Assembly: GCA_021613535.1 (NCBI GenBank)
Contig: CP075492.1
Location: 10,540,001 to 10,604,000, forward strand
From: Adineta vaga
Lineage: Eukaryota > Animalia > Rotifera
DNA: 64,000 bases
Direction: 5' to 3'
Position 1 is the stretch's first letter, and each line of letters opens with the position of its first letter. Below are positions 1-11,172 of this stretch, one piece after another. The notes below the pieces were generated by a model that was not told the DNA's origin, did not search any database, and saw only the letters and a list, made by a program, of their open reading frames with translations. Both the position numbers and the translations under genes were made by a program.

Positions 1-400
1 GATCAATGACCTGAACGTGATTTAGTTAATTACTCACCATATAAATTATATGAAGCACCAAATACAGTTCGTTGGTATTGTGTACCTGAATCATAGTTTA
101 AATTTTTCTACGAAAAAACTGTTGTTACGGAACCATATATGTTCTTGTATGGTTTACGTATTTATGGATTTAGTAAAGAACTTATTATTTTGGTTGCAGC
201 TGTTATAACTGTTGTTAAAACGTAAATCATCATTTTAATTTGTTATTTCAATTGAAAGAGATTGATTTGCATTTTAGACTTAGTCCAACAGTTGGTGAGG
301 TTTTTAGAGGTTGCCATCAAAAAGAAGTTGATCGATATTCATCAGTGGTTAATAATTCAAAAGCAATGACTGGAAAAATATTACATCAATAATCGAAATG
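1..400 (+). pseudogene. ATP5PB: Degenerate fragment of mitochondrial ATP synthase F0 subunit b
   Basis: Frame 1 reads DQ*PERDLVNYSPYKLYEAPNTVRWYCVPES*FKFFYEKTVVTEPYMFLYGL..., resembling the invertebrate subunit b motif PERDLVNFP...PEEWFxFFYxKTGVTGPY. Stops occur at 7-9 (TGA) and 94-96 (TAG, at the conserved Trp). A probable intron spans ~220-283. The fragment runs off the window edge. Confidence 0.7.
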
Positions 401-1762
401 GTTTTTTAAAAATCCATATTATTGACATCGTATTAACAAAACATATCATCATAAATATATATTGTAAGGGAGATAATGTATTATTGTAATATTGTTTAAT
501 AGGCTTATTATTTTCCAACAGATGAAGTGTTATATAATCAAAATTTAAATCACAAATTAAAGACCAACATTGCTGACAAACTGAATCATATTTATTGAGA
601 TTATTCTTAGAGATTTGTTTTAGTTCATATACTTTTTGTTCCAGTATTTTCAATGAAATAAGTTTGTCTTGAATAAATATTTTTCATCATAGGAATAGAT
701 GTAGAAAACATCGAATAATAAATCAAAATTAATGTTATACTAATGATTAATAATATCCATTGAGGTTGATTCAATAAATAATCAAGAGGTTGTGATCGCT
801 TAAAAAATAAATCAAAATAATTAATTATCAATAGATAACTTTGTTTTACTAAATAAAAAAAGATTTTATTCTCTTACCACCATTTTGTTAAACACTTTTT
901 TTTCTATTTTCTTATGTAAATTTTCATTTGCAGCATCTGTATAAGATGACATAATGAGAAAAAAATAATATCTAGAAGAAGAAAAAGAAGAATGAAATGA
1001 AAAAGAACTTTTTATCAGGTTTTTCTTTATCAACTAGTTTTAAACAAACAATGATAATTTCTATAATTAATGTATGTACACATTTGAATAACACACATGC
1101 TGATAGAATAATCACCATTGAATCGAAATACAAAGTTTGTTGTTGATTACTGTTACCCATGTCGAACAATACGATCCGTATACTGACTGTAATAACAGGC
1201 GCAGTAATACGGTCCGTTTTGAATCGGTACATAGCAGAAAAGTAACTGTTTTGAAGGAAAATACAGTCGGTTTTCGAGGCCGTAAAAGTGCGCCCGTGAT
1301 TACAGGCCGAAACGGTCTATTTACTGCCGTAAAGGTACCATTTTATCACAGTTCACGTTCCGAAAACACACTGTATACGGCTCCGTTTTGATCAACCTGG
1401 GTATAAATGGATCCAAAAAGCATCGTTGATGTAATTGTTGTAATAATGGTGATAAATTTTGGACCACCGAAAATGAAAAATAGAACCAAAATGTTTAAAA
1501 TATTTAAGATATTATATAAACATTTTGCGTATTCAGTTACATTTGTTATCAGTGCGTTTGTGTCATGAGTTTCAAGTACCTGTTTAATTTTCAAATCAGT
1601 TGAATCATCAAAAGTTGCTTGACCTAATTTGACTCTTAGAATGGATGATGCTTCAACTGATACGAATACAATAAATGAACCATAGAATATTAATAACAAT
1701 AAAATTAATATGAATAAATGCTCTTTGCTGATGTACTTTCTTAAATGTTGAGCAACTGGAGT
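381..1762 (-). pseudogene. Disrupted multi-pass membrane protein gene (weak TMEM245-like resemblance)
   Basis: Hydrophobic ORF pieces lie at 1346-1699, 972-1232, 625-831 and 381-653, with an acceptor at 1763-64. Removing the MITE joins ...MLFGSIY to NSNQQQTLYF... in frame. There is an apparent frame change near 650. The family assignment is tentative. Confidence 0.45.
1156..1401. mobile_element. 246-bp non-autonomous DNA transposon (MITE) with TA target-site duplication
   Basis: Imperfect ~30-bp TIRs: CCCATGTCGAACAATACGATCCGTATAC versus the reverse complement of the right end, CCCAGGTTGATCAAAACGGAGCCGTATAC. TA flanks at 1154-55 and 1402-03. GC content is higher than the flanks. Confidence 0.85.
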
Positions 1763-2445
1763 CTAAAAAAGCAAGACTATTCGAGTAGTGTAAAAATCGT
1801 TAATTCGATTCGAGTATTGAACTTCTTCTTCAACTTCTAAAGTTTCAGTTAAGAATTTGATTACTCGAATTTTAACCTATTGAATAGCATAGGTATCCTA
1901 ACATATGGCATCGTCGACTATTTTAAATGTGCATTTAAGTTATATGGTGTAAATGCTTTGCAGACCGTTATCAATCGATGTCTCTCCCGCTGAGAACGCT
2001 TTTCGTGTGTACAGTGTGACAGAGGGGTCCAAGGCAATCTCGCTTTGTTCTTTGCCTTCCAACACCCACGCCTACCCTCAATTCTAAATATATAAATTTA
2101 GAAGCTGAATAGTTGAAACGTCTTTTCGACTTCTACATCTAGGAAAAACTTATATGGGAAAAGAAGAACAGCTAAGTATGAATAATTGAAAAAAGAACGA
2201 CGAAAGGTAACAAAAAAAGAGATGAAACAATTTTCCTTTTTCTCGTATTATCTTTCGGTTTCTCTATTCATGAATCGAATTACGGTACTCCTTCTCACAT
2301 GTTATCTAGATAAAAAATATTATCGAATGTTAGAAAGTCTATAGCAAACATATTCGAACGTATCTTCCCGATGTTTATGAAACTAAAATGATTAATATTG
2401 CATGAACCATCATACGAACATTGTTCGATTATGTTTTCATGATCC

Positions 2446-2664
2446 ATTAATTCTGAATTTTCTAATGATATTATTCTTATTATTCAACCGACGACAGAAA
2501 ATGGCGATCGTGTACAAGTTCAACGACTTGAATTTAGTAAACCAATTGGAGGAAATCGAGGTTGGCATGCAGGTGCGACAATCAAAAACACCTTCTATAT
2601 TTTCGGTGGAAATACATCAGAAAATAAACGTGATAATTCTTTGCTTGCAATTGAATTTCAATAA
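2446..2664 (+). pseudogene. Orphan 3' fragment of a Kelch-repeat protein gene
   Basis: An ATG-less open frame reads INSEFSNDIILIIQP...GGNRGWHAGATIKNTFYIFGGNTSENKRDNSLLAIEFQ*, containing the Kelch signature R-x-x-H...hhhFGG. There is an in-frame stop just upstream and no upstream exons were recognised. Confidence 0.6.
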
Positions 2665-3067
2665 TCTCCTTTGTTTTGTTTCATAATCATTACTTGTAAG
2701 CCAATTAACCAAGCGAAAATTGTCAACAGTGAAATTTATTTACTTCTTCTTTCAATATTTATAATGTAGTAAATAAAAAAAGATTTGTTTTGGTAAAAGA
2801 TGCAATCGTTTGATAAAGCATTAATGACATCATATATATTTATTATGGACAAGTAAGTTGTATGCTTGCGTACATTATCTTGATATCAAATGTTGATCAA
2901 TGTTTTTGCCTGTTCTTCAGACAGTAAAAAAAGAATTTTGTTGTCTTTCGTCTATCTAAAACTGGTATCTTCGCGTTGGTTGTAAAAGAAAAAAAATAAG
3001 AGAATAGAAAAGATTTTGATAAAGTTGGAAACTAACAAATCTTGCTGTAGTATTTGCTTTTAAAATC

Positions 3068-4626
3068 ATGGGTTGTCTATGTCCACAAGGCTTGCCTGAC
3101 CATCCACCCACCCCACCTAATAACAATAGTAAAGGTGTTAAGTTCTCTAACATTCAACAACCTATTCTACATGTATACGATGCTGATCCAAATAATGAAC
3201 CATTACAAGCGCCACCTCGTCCTCCGCCACCTTTGAGACCCTTACCGAGACCAAGACCTCAGAATGATCAATCACGTGTACTACTGCATACTCCTATCTA
3301 CATTGCTAAGCAATCTTATGAGAAAACAAACGACGATCAAATATCGTTTGAAAATGATGATGAAATGGAACTGATAGAAGAAATCAATCCAAATGAATTA
3401 CGCGTGAATCATCTTCGTTCTGGTCTGTCTGGAATTGTTCTGAAAAAATACGTTCAAATCGATGTTGATACTCCACTTCGATTAGCTGTTCAACAATTTG
3501 GTGTCATTCAACGATGTCTTGTTCACAACAATGATTCGGTGGATATCTCATTCGACGAAGTGCCAGTGTTCCCAATTCATTTGTTCTAAGTATTTTACAA
3601 TCTAACGAACATCATCAAACATTGACTTGGAATTATTTAATATGTATCCATCCTTCGAATAAATATTTCTATTTTCATCAAGAAGATAAACTTAAAACGA
3701 TATTTTTCTCTTCATTTGGACAGTTAGTTGCTGATCAACGTGTTCATGCTGTTATTCCTTTAACTGAAACTGTTCCATCTGTAATTGAATTCGATAAAGA
3801 AGTTTGGAATATACCATATAATGAATTAAAAATGGATCAGAAAATTGGCGAAGGTCAATTTGGGGAAGTGTTTCGTGCAACTTGGCATCGAGGTCGACAA
3901 GATATTCCTGTTGCTATAAAAAAATTACGTATTCGAGGTATAACAAGTACAGTTCAACGACAAATTGAAGCAATGAAAGTTCTAACAAATCTATATATTG
4001 TAACACTATATGGTGTATCTGAAAATCCTCGCACGAATGAAATTCTTATTATAACTGAATTAATGGAAAATGGTGATTTGAGAACATGGTTAAAAAATCT
4101 ACCCAATTTACCTGAATATTCTACTCTCGTACGTTTTGCAAAGGATATTGCTAGAGGAATGAGTTATTTAGAATTTCGTAATTATGTTCATCGTGATCTA
4201 GCTTGTCGAAATATTCTTGTGGGACCTGGTGCACGTCGAGTTAGAATTGCTGATTTTGGTCTCTCAACTATTTTAAATCCAGCTGATGAAGGTCAACGTC
4301 AAGAAGCACGTTTAGATAAGTTAGCAACACGTTGGTTAGCACCGGAATTACTTGGTGATCAAGCAGAATATTCACTAAAATCAGATGTATGGTCATTTGG
4401 AATACTTTTAATCGAACTCTGGCAGAAAGGAAGAGATCCGTATGAAAATGAACATCGTGCATGGATTCAAGGTGCAGTCAGAACTGGCTATGTTCATGAA
4501 AAACCAACAGATTGTTCTGATGATTTCTATCAATCCATAATATGTCAATGTTTGAAATTTGAATCAAATGATCGACCAACATTTTCTGCAATAAGAACAC
4601 TTCTAGAAACATGGCAATGTTCATAA
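3068..4626 (+). CDS. Src-like non-receptor tyrosine kinase (SH4-Pro-rich-SH3-SH2-kinase) with a 1-nt frameshift at ~3536
   Basis: MGCLC N-terminus, SH3-like YIAKQSYE...ISF...SGIV..YV, and SH2 GGYLIRRSASVPNSFVLS starting at 3538 in the downstream frame. Kinase motifs are GEGQFG, VAIKKL, HRDLACRN, DFG and SDVWSFG. No coding introns; a probable 5' UTR intron spans ~2854-2920. Confidence 0.85.
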
Positions 4627-5307
4627 GAAATTGTTGAAATATGAAAAACAAAACATTTCAATTGCTACTGGCAAATTGATTTTCTCGGTTAGTTCTATTT
4701 CGATTTCATCAATATAAATAAATACTAGGTCGCATATGACCGAACATCTTCTAATCGTTGTAACCATCCGTATAGAATAAATGACAATCTTAGTTTACAT
4801 GTAAATCTTGTCATCAACGACAGTAATAATTATCGTCGTTCTCTCTGGCATACAATTATCAAGAAAAATAAAAACATTTTCTCTATGTCTAAATATATTG
4901 CTTGATTCAAAATCGTTCGACGAGAATTGCGTACTTATCACAAAAATAGAATTACATCATTTATTGATACAAGCAAATCTAATAATTAATGAAGCTCAGC
5001 ATGAATATCTTTTGATCATACGTGCGAAAAAAGCTGTCCATAGACTGATTAACTCGATTATTCTTATATCATGTATACGAAAACATCAGAGAATAAATAA
5101 GTAAAGGGCATCTGTATCTGTTGCTGTTCGTCGCGATATTATTATTATTTACAGGAGATTCGTATAATAAGGCAACAAACAGAAGAAAAAAAACCGATAG
5201 AACAATTGTGTTCATTAATTCTGACGAGTACGTTTGAGGTAATAACAGAACTCAACAAAGAAAGACAAATCGGAATCAATTATCTAATCGAATGATTTAA
5301 TTTAGAT

Positions 5308-6466
5308 ATGTATACAACAAATCAATCATCATCACTATCATCTATGAAATCATTAACACAGAATACTACAAATTTAGAAAATATCAATCTCTTTCATCAT
5401 CCAGTTTTATATGGTCTTGCTATTTATGCTCTATTTCTTATCATTATTGGCACTATTGGTAGATTAAATCTTGAAAAATTATTGAAATCTTTCTTGTTTT
5501 TCGTTTTTATTCTAGGTAATATTTTAACTATTATCATTCTTCTTCGTCCAAATTTAAGAAAACATACAACTATGCGTTATTTAATTGCTGTTGCTATTGC
5601 TGATCTTTGTTCATTATATTCATGGAATTTAAATTTATTCTATAAACATTTAATTAATCCATATCAAAATGATCTTGAAGATGCATCGATTGTATCTTGT
5701 CGTTTTGTTTCATTCTTTGCCTTTGTTAGCTTACAACTTTCATCATGGTACTTAACATTAGTTAGTTTCGATCGATGTCTAAATATACATTTCTTATTTT
5801 GGCATCGAAAATTAGGACAAGCAAAATATGTTATCTTCATTATACTAAGTATTACAATTATCATTGCTTCGATTAATAGTCATCTACTTTTTTTAAATGG
5901 TTATCAACAATCAAATTGTATACCATTTGGTAAACGTACTTGTATCGTTTGCTATGCACGTCTGAATGATCCCTATTATATTTTTCCAAAATGGGAAAAA
6001 ATTCATGTATTAATCTATAATCTAATACCTTTTTCGATCATGTTAATATCGAATTGTTTTATTATTCGTCGTTCCTTTGCATCAACGATAATTCGAACTT
6101 CATCATTGGACGTAAAACAAAGATTAAGTAGAAATTATCGACAACGAAAACAACGACAATTAACCTATATACTATTATTTGTTACTTTTTTGTTTGTATT
6201 ATTAACAGCACCCGTCTTGATTTATAATGTTTTTCTAAGAAATAATTTAGTTGATCGAAAACCATTGAAATATATTGTACAAGGAATACTTTTATCCATG
6301 CAATTTACCAGTCATGCAGTAAGTTAAATGACACGAGAAACATAATTAATGATTTCATGTCGTCTAATTTTAGATCAATTTCTTTGTTTATTGTTATGGT
6401 GCATCGAAATTTCGTAATGAATTGAATGAATTTATTACTAGTTCTATACGTAAACGACCTGTGTAA
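5308..6466 (+). CDS. Class A (rhodopsin-family) peptide-type GPCR
   Basis: Seven hydrophobic segments with GN (TM1), AIAD (TM2), SFDRC (TM3), IPF (TM5) and INFFVY (TM7). Introns at ~5459-5515 and ~6320-6372. Confidence 0.85.
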
Positions 6467-7118
6467 ATCAAAACTGTTTACTTAAACTTGTAATGTTTTT
6501 CTCCATTTCCTGACAAGTTATTTTTTACGGTCGATTTATTCGATATTTTGATAACAAATGAAGAAAATGTTAAATAAAGAAACCAGTTTTACCGATCGAC
6601 GTTAGATATTAGGACATAGTTCGTACTTTTGTCTTTGTCAATTTGTAGTCGAATGATAAATTCTATGACTGATAGTTTGCGGCATAACTTCAACTGTTGT
6701 TCATATGATTATTATTATTATCAAAAATCGTCATGTCACACAGAAAAATGTCACTCAATACATAGTTATCATACTCGACATTTTTTCTGAGTACGTCTTC
6801 ATCAACTTTTGTCAACAGTATGATTATTACTTGTTATATCTGACTCATAGAGAAAATAGGTTTATAGGATGAATATTCTTTGAAACTAATAATAATATTC
6901 TTATAGAATGATTCATTCATTAGTCAGAATTATTTACAATAGTTATTTTCAAATTAATGAAAAGAAAAGAAAATACACAAATATCAATTGAATAATTGCC
7001 ATCATTTCTCATTCATACGGATCATTGAAATGCTTTTGTTGTCTAGTAAAAAATATTCTAGAAAAGAGCAGAAATAAAAGATAGTTGATCGACACATAAA
7101 AAAGTCTCAAAGAAATGT

Positions 7119-7894
7119 TTATGAATATGGTGAACCCGTTTTTTCTAATGAATCAATTGCTTGTTGAACAGTTTGTTGAAATAAAGGACACCAAATTGGT
7201 TGTTCAAGAGAATAAAATGGATTTTTCAATGCATAATCACTATGTAATTCATAGGTACGTCTAAGTAAAGCATCAACATTCACTTGTCTTGTATCGGTTA
7301 ATGCTACAAATTTGATACCAGTTATCGATTGGAAACAATATAGTTTAAATTGATCGGTTTCTAATTCACGAATACCACTCGAATTCAATTCAGGAGATAA
7401 TTGATAAGCAATAGCATACATGGAATGGAAGATTGACGCGAGAATTAGTTTTTCATTACCATTTAATCTTGTTCGACCAAATTTTATTGTAACTATGTAC
7501 ATAAAAGTAAACAGAAATGAATAATTCGAATTACAAATAAATGAAAAATCTTACCAGGATAATTTGATGAATCTGATAGATATTTAATAATATCATGACT
7601 GGTTGTCGATGACGATGATGTTTGCGTATCATCATCATTAGTTACTGTTGATGATGAAGTAAAATCAATAGTATTTCCTCGTACTGGTATTCCATTAATT
7701 GATATAATTGTATGACCAACTTTAATTCCATCACGTTGACCAAATTGAACCATAACACCTTTATCACTCTGTTTCAGTACAAAATCAAGTGGATAACTGA
7801 ACGTTTTTTCCAATTCAATTTTTGGTATGGAATGTTCATAGGAAAAGATCAGACCACCACTACGATTGATTACATAAAAACTATGTACTACCAT
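7119..7894 (-). CDS. TRAPPC4: TRAPP complex subunit 4 (synbindin/Trs23)
   Basis: Motifs [46 protein letters not shown] and [19 protein letters not shown]. Intron 7493-7554. Confidence 0.93.
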
Positions 7895-8081
7895 ATTTGA
7901 TGTTTCGTTCAAAAAACTTGATCTGTAATAAAATGACAACGACATAAAAATATTTGTTTTATTGCTTTTCTTTTCGTCAAAAAAATCATGTTTGATAAAT
8001 ACAAAAACACAAGAAAAGAAAAAAAACGGAAAATTAGATATAACATTGGAGAGAATGAGCAGATCAATTGATGTTTGATTT

Positions 8082-9662
8082 TTAGTGATTATTCGCTGGA
8101 GGTTGGGCACGGGGAAGATGTGCTGAATCTTGTGGTGATGGCACTTGATTACCCGGTGCAGGATTATTTTGATGTGGATGATTTGGCTAGAAAAATAGAT
8201 AGAAGAAAACGATGGTTATTCGAAAGAATGATTGAATGAATTCCTTACTGTAGATACTTGAATTAAATGGTCGGAGAAACTATTAAATTCTTGGTCGGAA
8301 TAAACTGTACTATCTTCAATAGACTAAAAAGACAGAGAGGATAAATGATTTCGAAATGATGATAATTTACCTGCCATCCTTGATCATTTTTAGCACCTGT
8401 TCCATTGATACCTGTTTCGAATTCTTGAAATGAAAGCATACGATCATTATTTTTATCGAATTCTTTCATCACATGTTCACGCATTCGATCCATTTCTTCT
8501 TGTTTTTCAATTGGATCAGCTTCTGGGGTGCCTTCATGAATTTTTTCTGCCTAAAATTAGAAATGAAATAATATGCAACATTAGTTTTCTCTTAATAAAA
8601 ATAATCTGTATAAACCTCTTTGAGCATCAATGCTTCAATTTCAGCTTCATCCAAAAATCCATCACTATTAACATCATGTAGTTTGAAAAATGCTTTAGGA
8701 TTAAACTGATCAGCTTCGAGATGATCGACATTTTCCCATACTTCTTCCATTTGATCAACACTACCGGGATGATTAACTTTAGGATGATGTTTCTTCTTTT
8801 CCACAGCTTCTTGATGTATTCCTTCTTCTTTCTTTCGTTCTTCTTCAGTCATTTTCTAGGGAAAAAAAAGGAAAATGATTGATTACAAAAATAGTATATT
8901 TCATTGATTTATTTACCGCAAGTTTACTACGACGTTCAAATTCTTTTTGCATTTCATAATCTTTAAATTCTCGTTCACGTTCTCGATCTAATTGATCTAA
9001 ATCTTTTGATGCATGTTGAATTAAACGTTCAAGATCGCTTTCACTGAATGCTTCAGAATTTTTATGATCAACATGTTGAGGAATGATCTTTTTCATATGT
9101 GGTTCATCTGGATGAGCTCTAGCAAGTTCCATTCGTTCTTTTTCTATAAATAGACATTTGTTATTTAACAAAATGAAGACACTAAAATGAATACTAACCA
9201 CTTAAATTACGTATTTTTCTTGCCACTAACTCTCGTAATCGACCCATTTCACGTTGCTTTGCTTCATCAAGTTTCGTACGAACATGATGTTGAACAAGAC
9301 TAAGATGTTGAGCAATATTTCCGGACTAGAATACACTAAAACTATAATAATCATAGTTGAATCATTTTCTAGTACTTTGATATCATCGACAGAAGCATTC
9401 TCGATTTTTTTCTTGAATTCGGGATCATTCTCAAGAATTTCGACAACTTCTTTCAAATAACGACCATATTCAAGATTGTTTAACTAAAATAAATAAATAT
9501 AAACAATACAAATACAAACAAATATTTTCTTACCACTTCATCTGACTCATCTGTTTTGATATCGGCTGATGGTTTATCTTTATTCGCTTTTTCTACAACA
9601 GGCGGAGCACCAATTGTTACAATCAGAAGGAAGACACCAATGATACTTAAAGTTAGCTTCAT
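8082..9662 (-). CDS. NUCB2: Nucleobindin (NUCB1/2-like EF-hand secretory protein)
   Basis: Signal peptide, [38 protein letters not shown], and EF hands [12 protein letters not shown] and [12 protein letters not shown]. Multiple short introns. Confidence 0.92.
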
Positions 9663-9939
9663 GATAAAATCTAAAGATAATAAATATGAAAATGACTATT
9701 GTGTCAAATAAATCTTATGCTAATCCCAACTCCCATCATCGTCATCATTACGTTATATTAAATCTACTATGCGTGTGTGGGTAGGATACGATCAAACGTG
9801 GATGGTATTGGAAACAGTGTAGGTGGTCCAATAAAGACAAGAACTAAGAGAGGTCGCTGGAGGAAAACATTTGTAATGTACGAAATAGGCTATATGTTTG
9901 AATAGACAGGACTGATCGTATAACAAAGGAATTCTAGAG

Positions 9940-9946
9940 TATAAAA
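9940..9946 (+). promoter_or_regulatory. TATA box of the antistasin/Kunitz gene
   Basis: TATAAAA lies ~70 nt upstream of a 5' UTR intron (10012-10068) that ends directly at the ATG. Confidence 0.45.
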
Positions 9947-10068
9947 GATGATGTAAATATACAAAATAGTTCATAATTCTACCATATCTACGATTATAAT
10001 TACAACCAAAAGTACGTACCTATTTATACTTGTTATTCTTCGACTAATCGCTATTATATTTATTCTAG

Positions 10069-10711
10069 ATGGTTCGTTTACTTACGTCAGTACTTCTCAT
10101 CGTTGCATTCATTTGCATTTTTGAAAGTATGCTTCGTAAAAATATGAAATTATATTGAATAATTTTCATATGATTATTTAGGTGAAGCATGGTCATTGTT
10201 TCCTAAGAAAGGAAAATCATGTGAACCAGTTAAATGTATGGGAAAATTAAAGAAATGCCAATATGGTTATCAAAAACGAGACGGTTGTGAAATATGCAAA
10301 TGTGATGATCCTTGCAATCCTGACGGAAAAGTAATTCGTAGTGTAATTTTTGTTATTGATTTTCATAAGTTTTCATTTAAATAGGCTTTTTGTCGTCATC
10401 ATGAAAAATGTCATGTCGATAGAAGACGCGATGGAACATTCTTTGCACAATGTGGTGGTTCATTGAGACCAAAAAGATCATTAAGTACACATTCGAATAG
10501 TTATTTGAATTTTTTCTAAAATATTTTATCCTTATGTAAAGGTGCTTGTCACGAAGAACACAAGGTTAAAGGACCATGTCGCAGTGGTATGCGACGATTT
10601 TCTTACAATAAAGAAACAAAAAGTTGTGAACAATTCGTCTATGGTGGATGTAAAGGCACTCGTAACAATTTCAAAACAAAACAACAATGTAAATCTACTT
10701 GTCATGTCTAA
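10069..10711 (+). CDS. Secreted protease inhibitor: antistasin-like module plus C-terminal Kunitz/BPTI domain
   Basis: Signal peptide MVRLLTSVLLIVAF, antistasin-like CEPVKC..KKCQYGYQKRDGCEICKC, and Kunitz CHEEHKVKGPCRSGMRRFSYN..CEQFVYGGCKGTRNNF..QC..TC. Four coding exons. Confidence 0.88.
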
Positions 10712-10944
10712 TATATCAGAAATTTAATTAATTCTCTCAGTTGTCTTTTCATTTTTTTAATTTACTTTCTTTGTCTTTCTTCAAATAATAAATAGTTATA
10801 ACAGAAACACTATATAGCTGGAAAATTTTCGTTTCTTTGTTTGTATGAATCATAGTAAGATACAAAATAGAAAAGTAAAAGTTTACTATGAAATTTTTGC
10901 AAGATGTACACGTATAAGAAGTAACCGAAAATAAGAGAAACTTT

Positions 10945-11172
10945 AAGATTGTACTTCACAGGATCATTTTCTGTAGTACATATCGACAAAACACCCATAG
11001 CCAAAGAAGACCCAAACAACCCACGATGACGAGTGGCAGTGGTTCTTCTTGAGCGTGAAGTAGGATGGGGCTGCTCTCTTCTCGAGAGCTCGGCCTGCTT
11101 CCTTTGATGATCGCACCTTGTTGCGTCCATTGTGATGCGGCAAGGAGGGAAGCGACCACATTCTGAGTGGTT
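10945..11172 (+). ncRNA. U3: U3 small nucleolar RNA
   Basis: 5' AAGATTGTACTT (box A'), AGGATCATTTTCTGTAG (box A), GATGA box C' at ~11025, GAGCGTGAAG box B at 11051, TGATGA box C at ~11105, and CTGA box D at 11163. The terminal stem is CCAC/GTGG. It forms a GC-rich island of ~228 nt. Confidence 0.93.

Noticed and set aside
1137-1391. 84-aa ORF as a possible transposase
   Set aside because: It lies almost entirely within the 246-bp MITE and has no DDE or DNA-binding motifs.
3525-3540. Programmed -1 frameshift or selenocysteine readthrough at TGA 3532-34
   Set aside because: There is no X-XXY-YYZ slippery heptamer, and the TGA is not in the initiating frame, so readthrough would not join the ORFs.
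10012-10068. AG directly before the Kunitz-gene ATG as a trans-splice site
   Set aside because: It pairs with a GT donor 57 nt upstream and there is a TATA box, so it is an ordinary cis 5' UTR intron. This also shows that an AG near an ATG is not by itself evidence of an operon.
10810-11161. Three minus-strand ORFs
   Set aside because: They overlap the U3 gene and are open only because of the local GC content.
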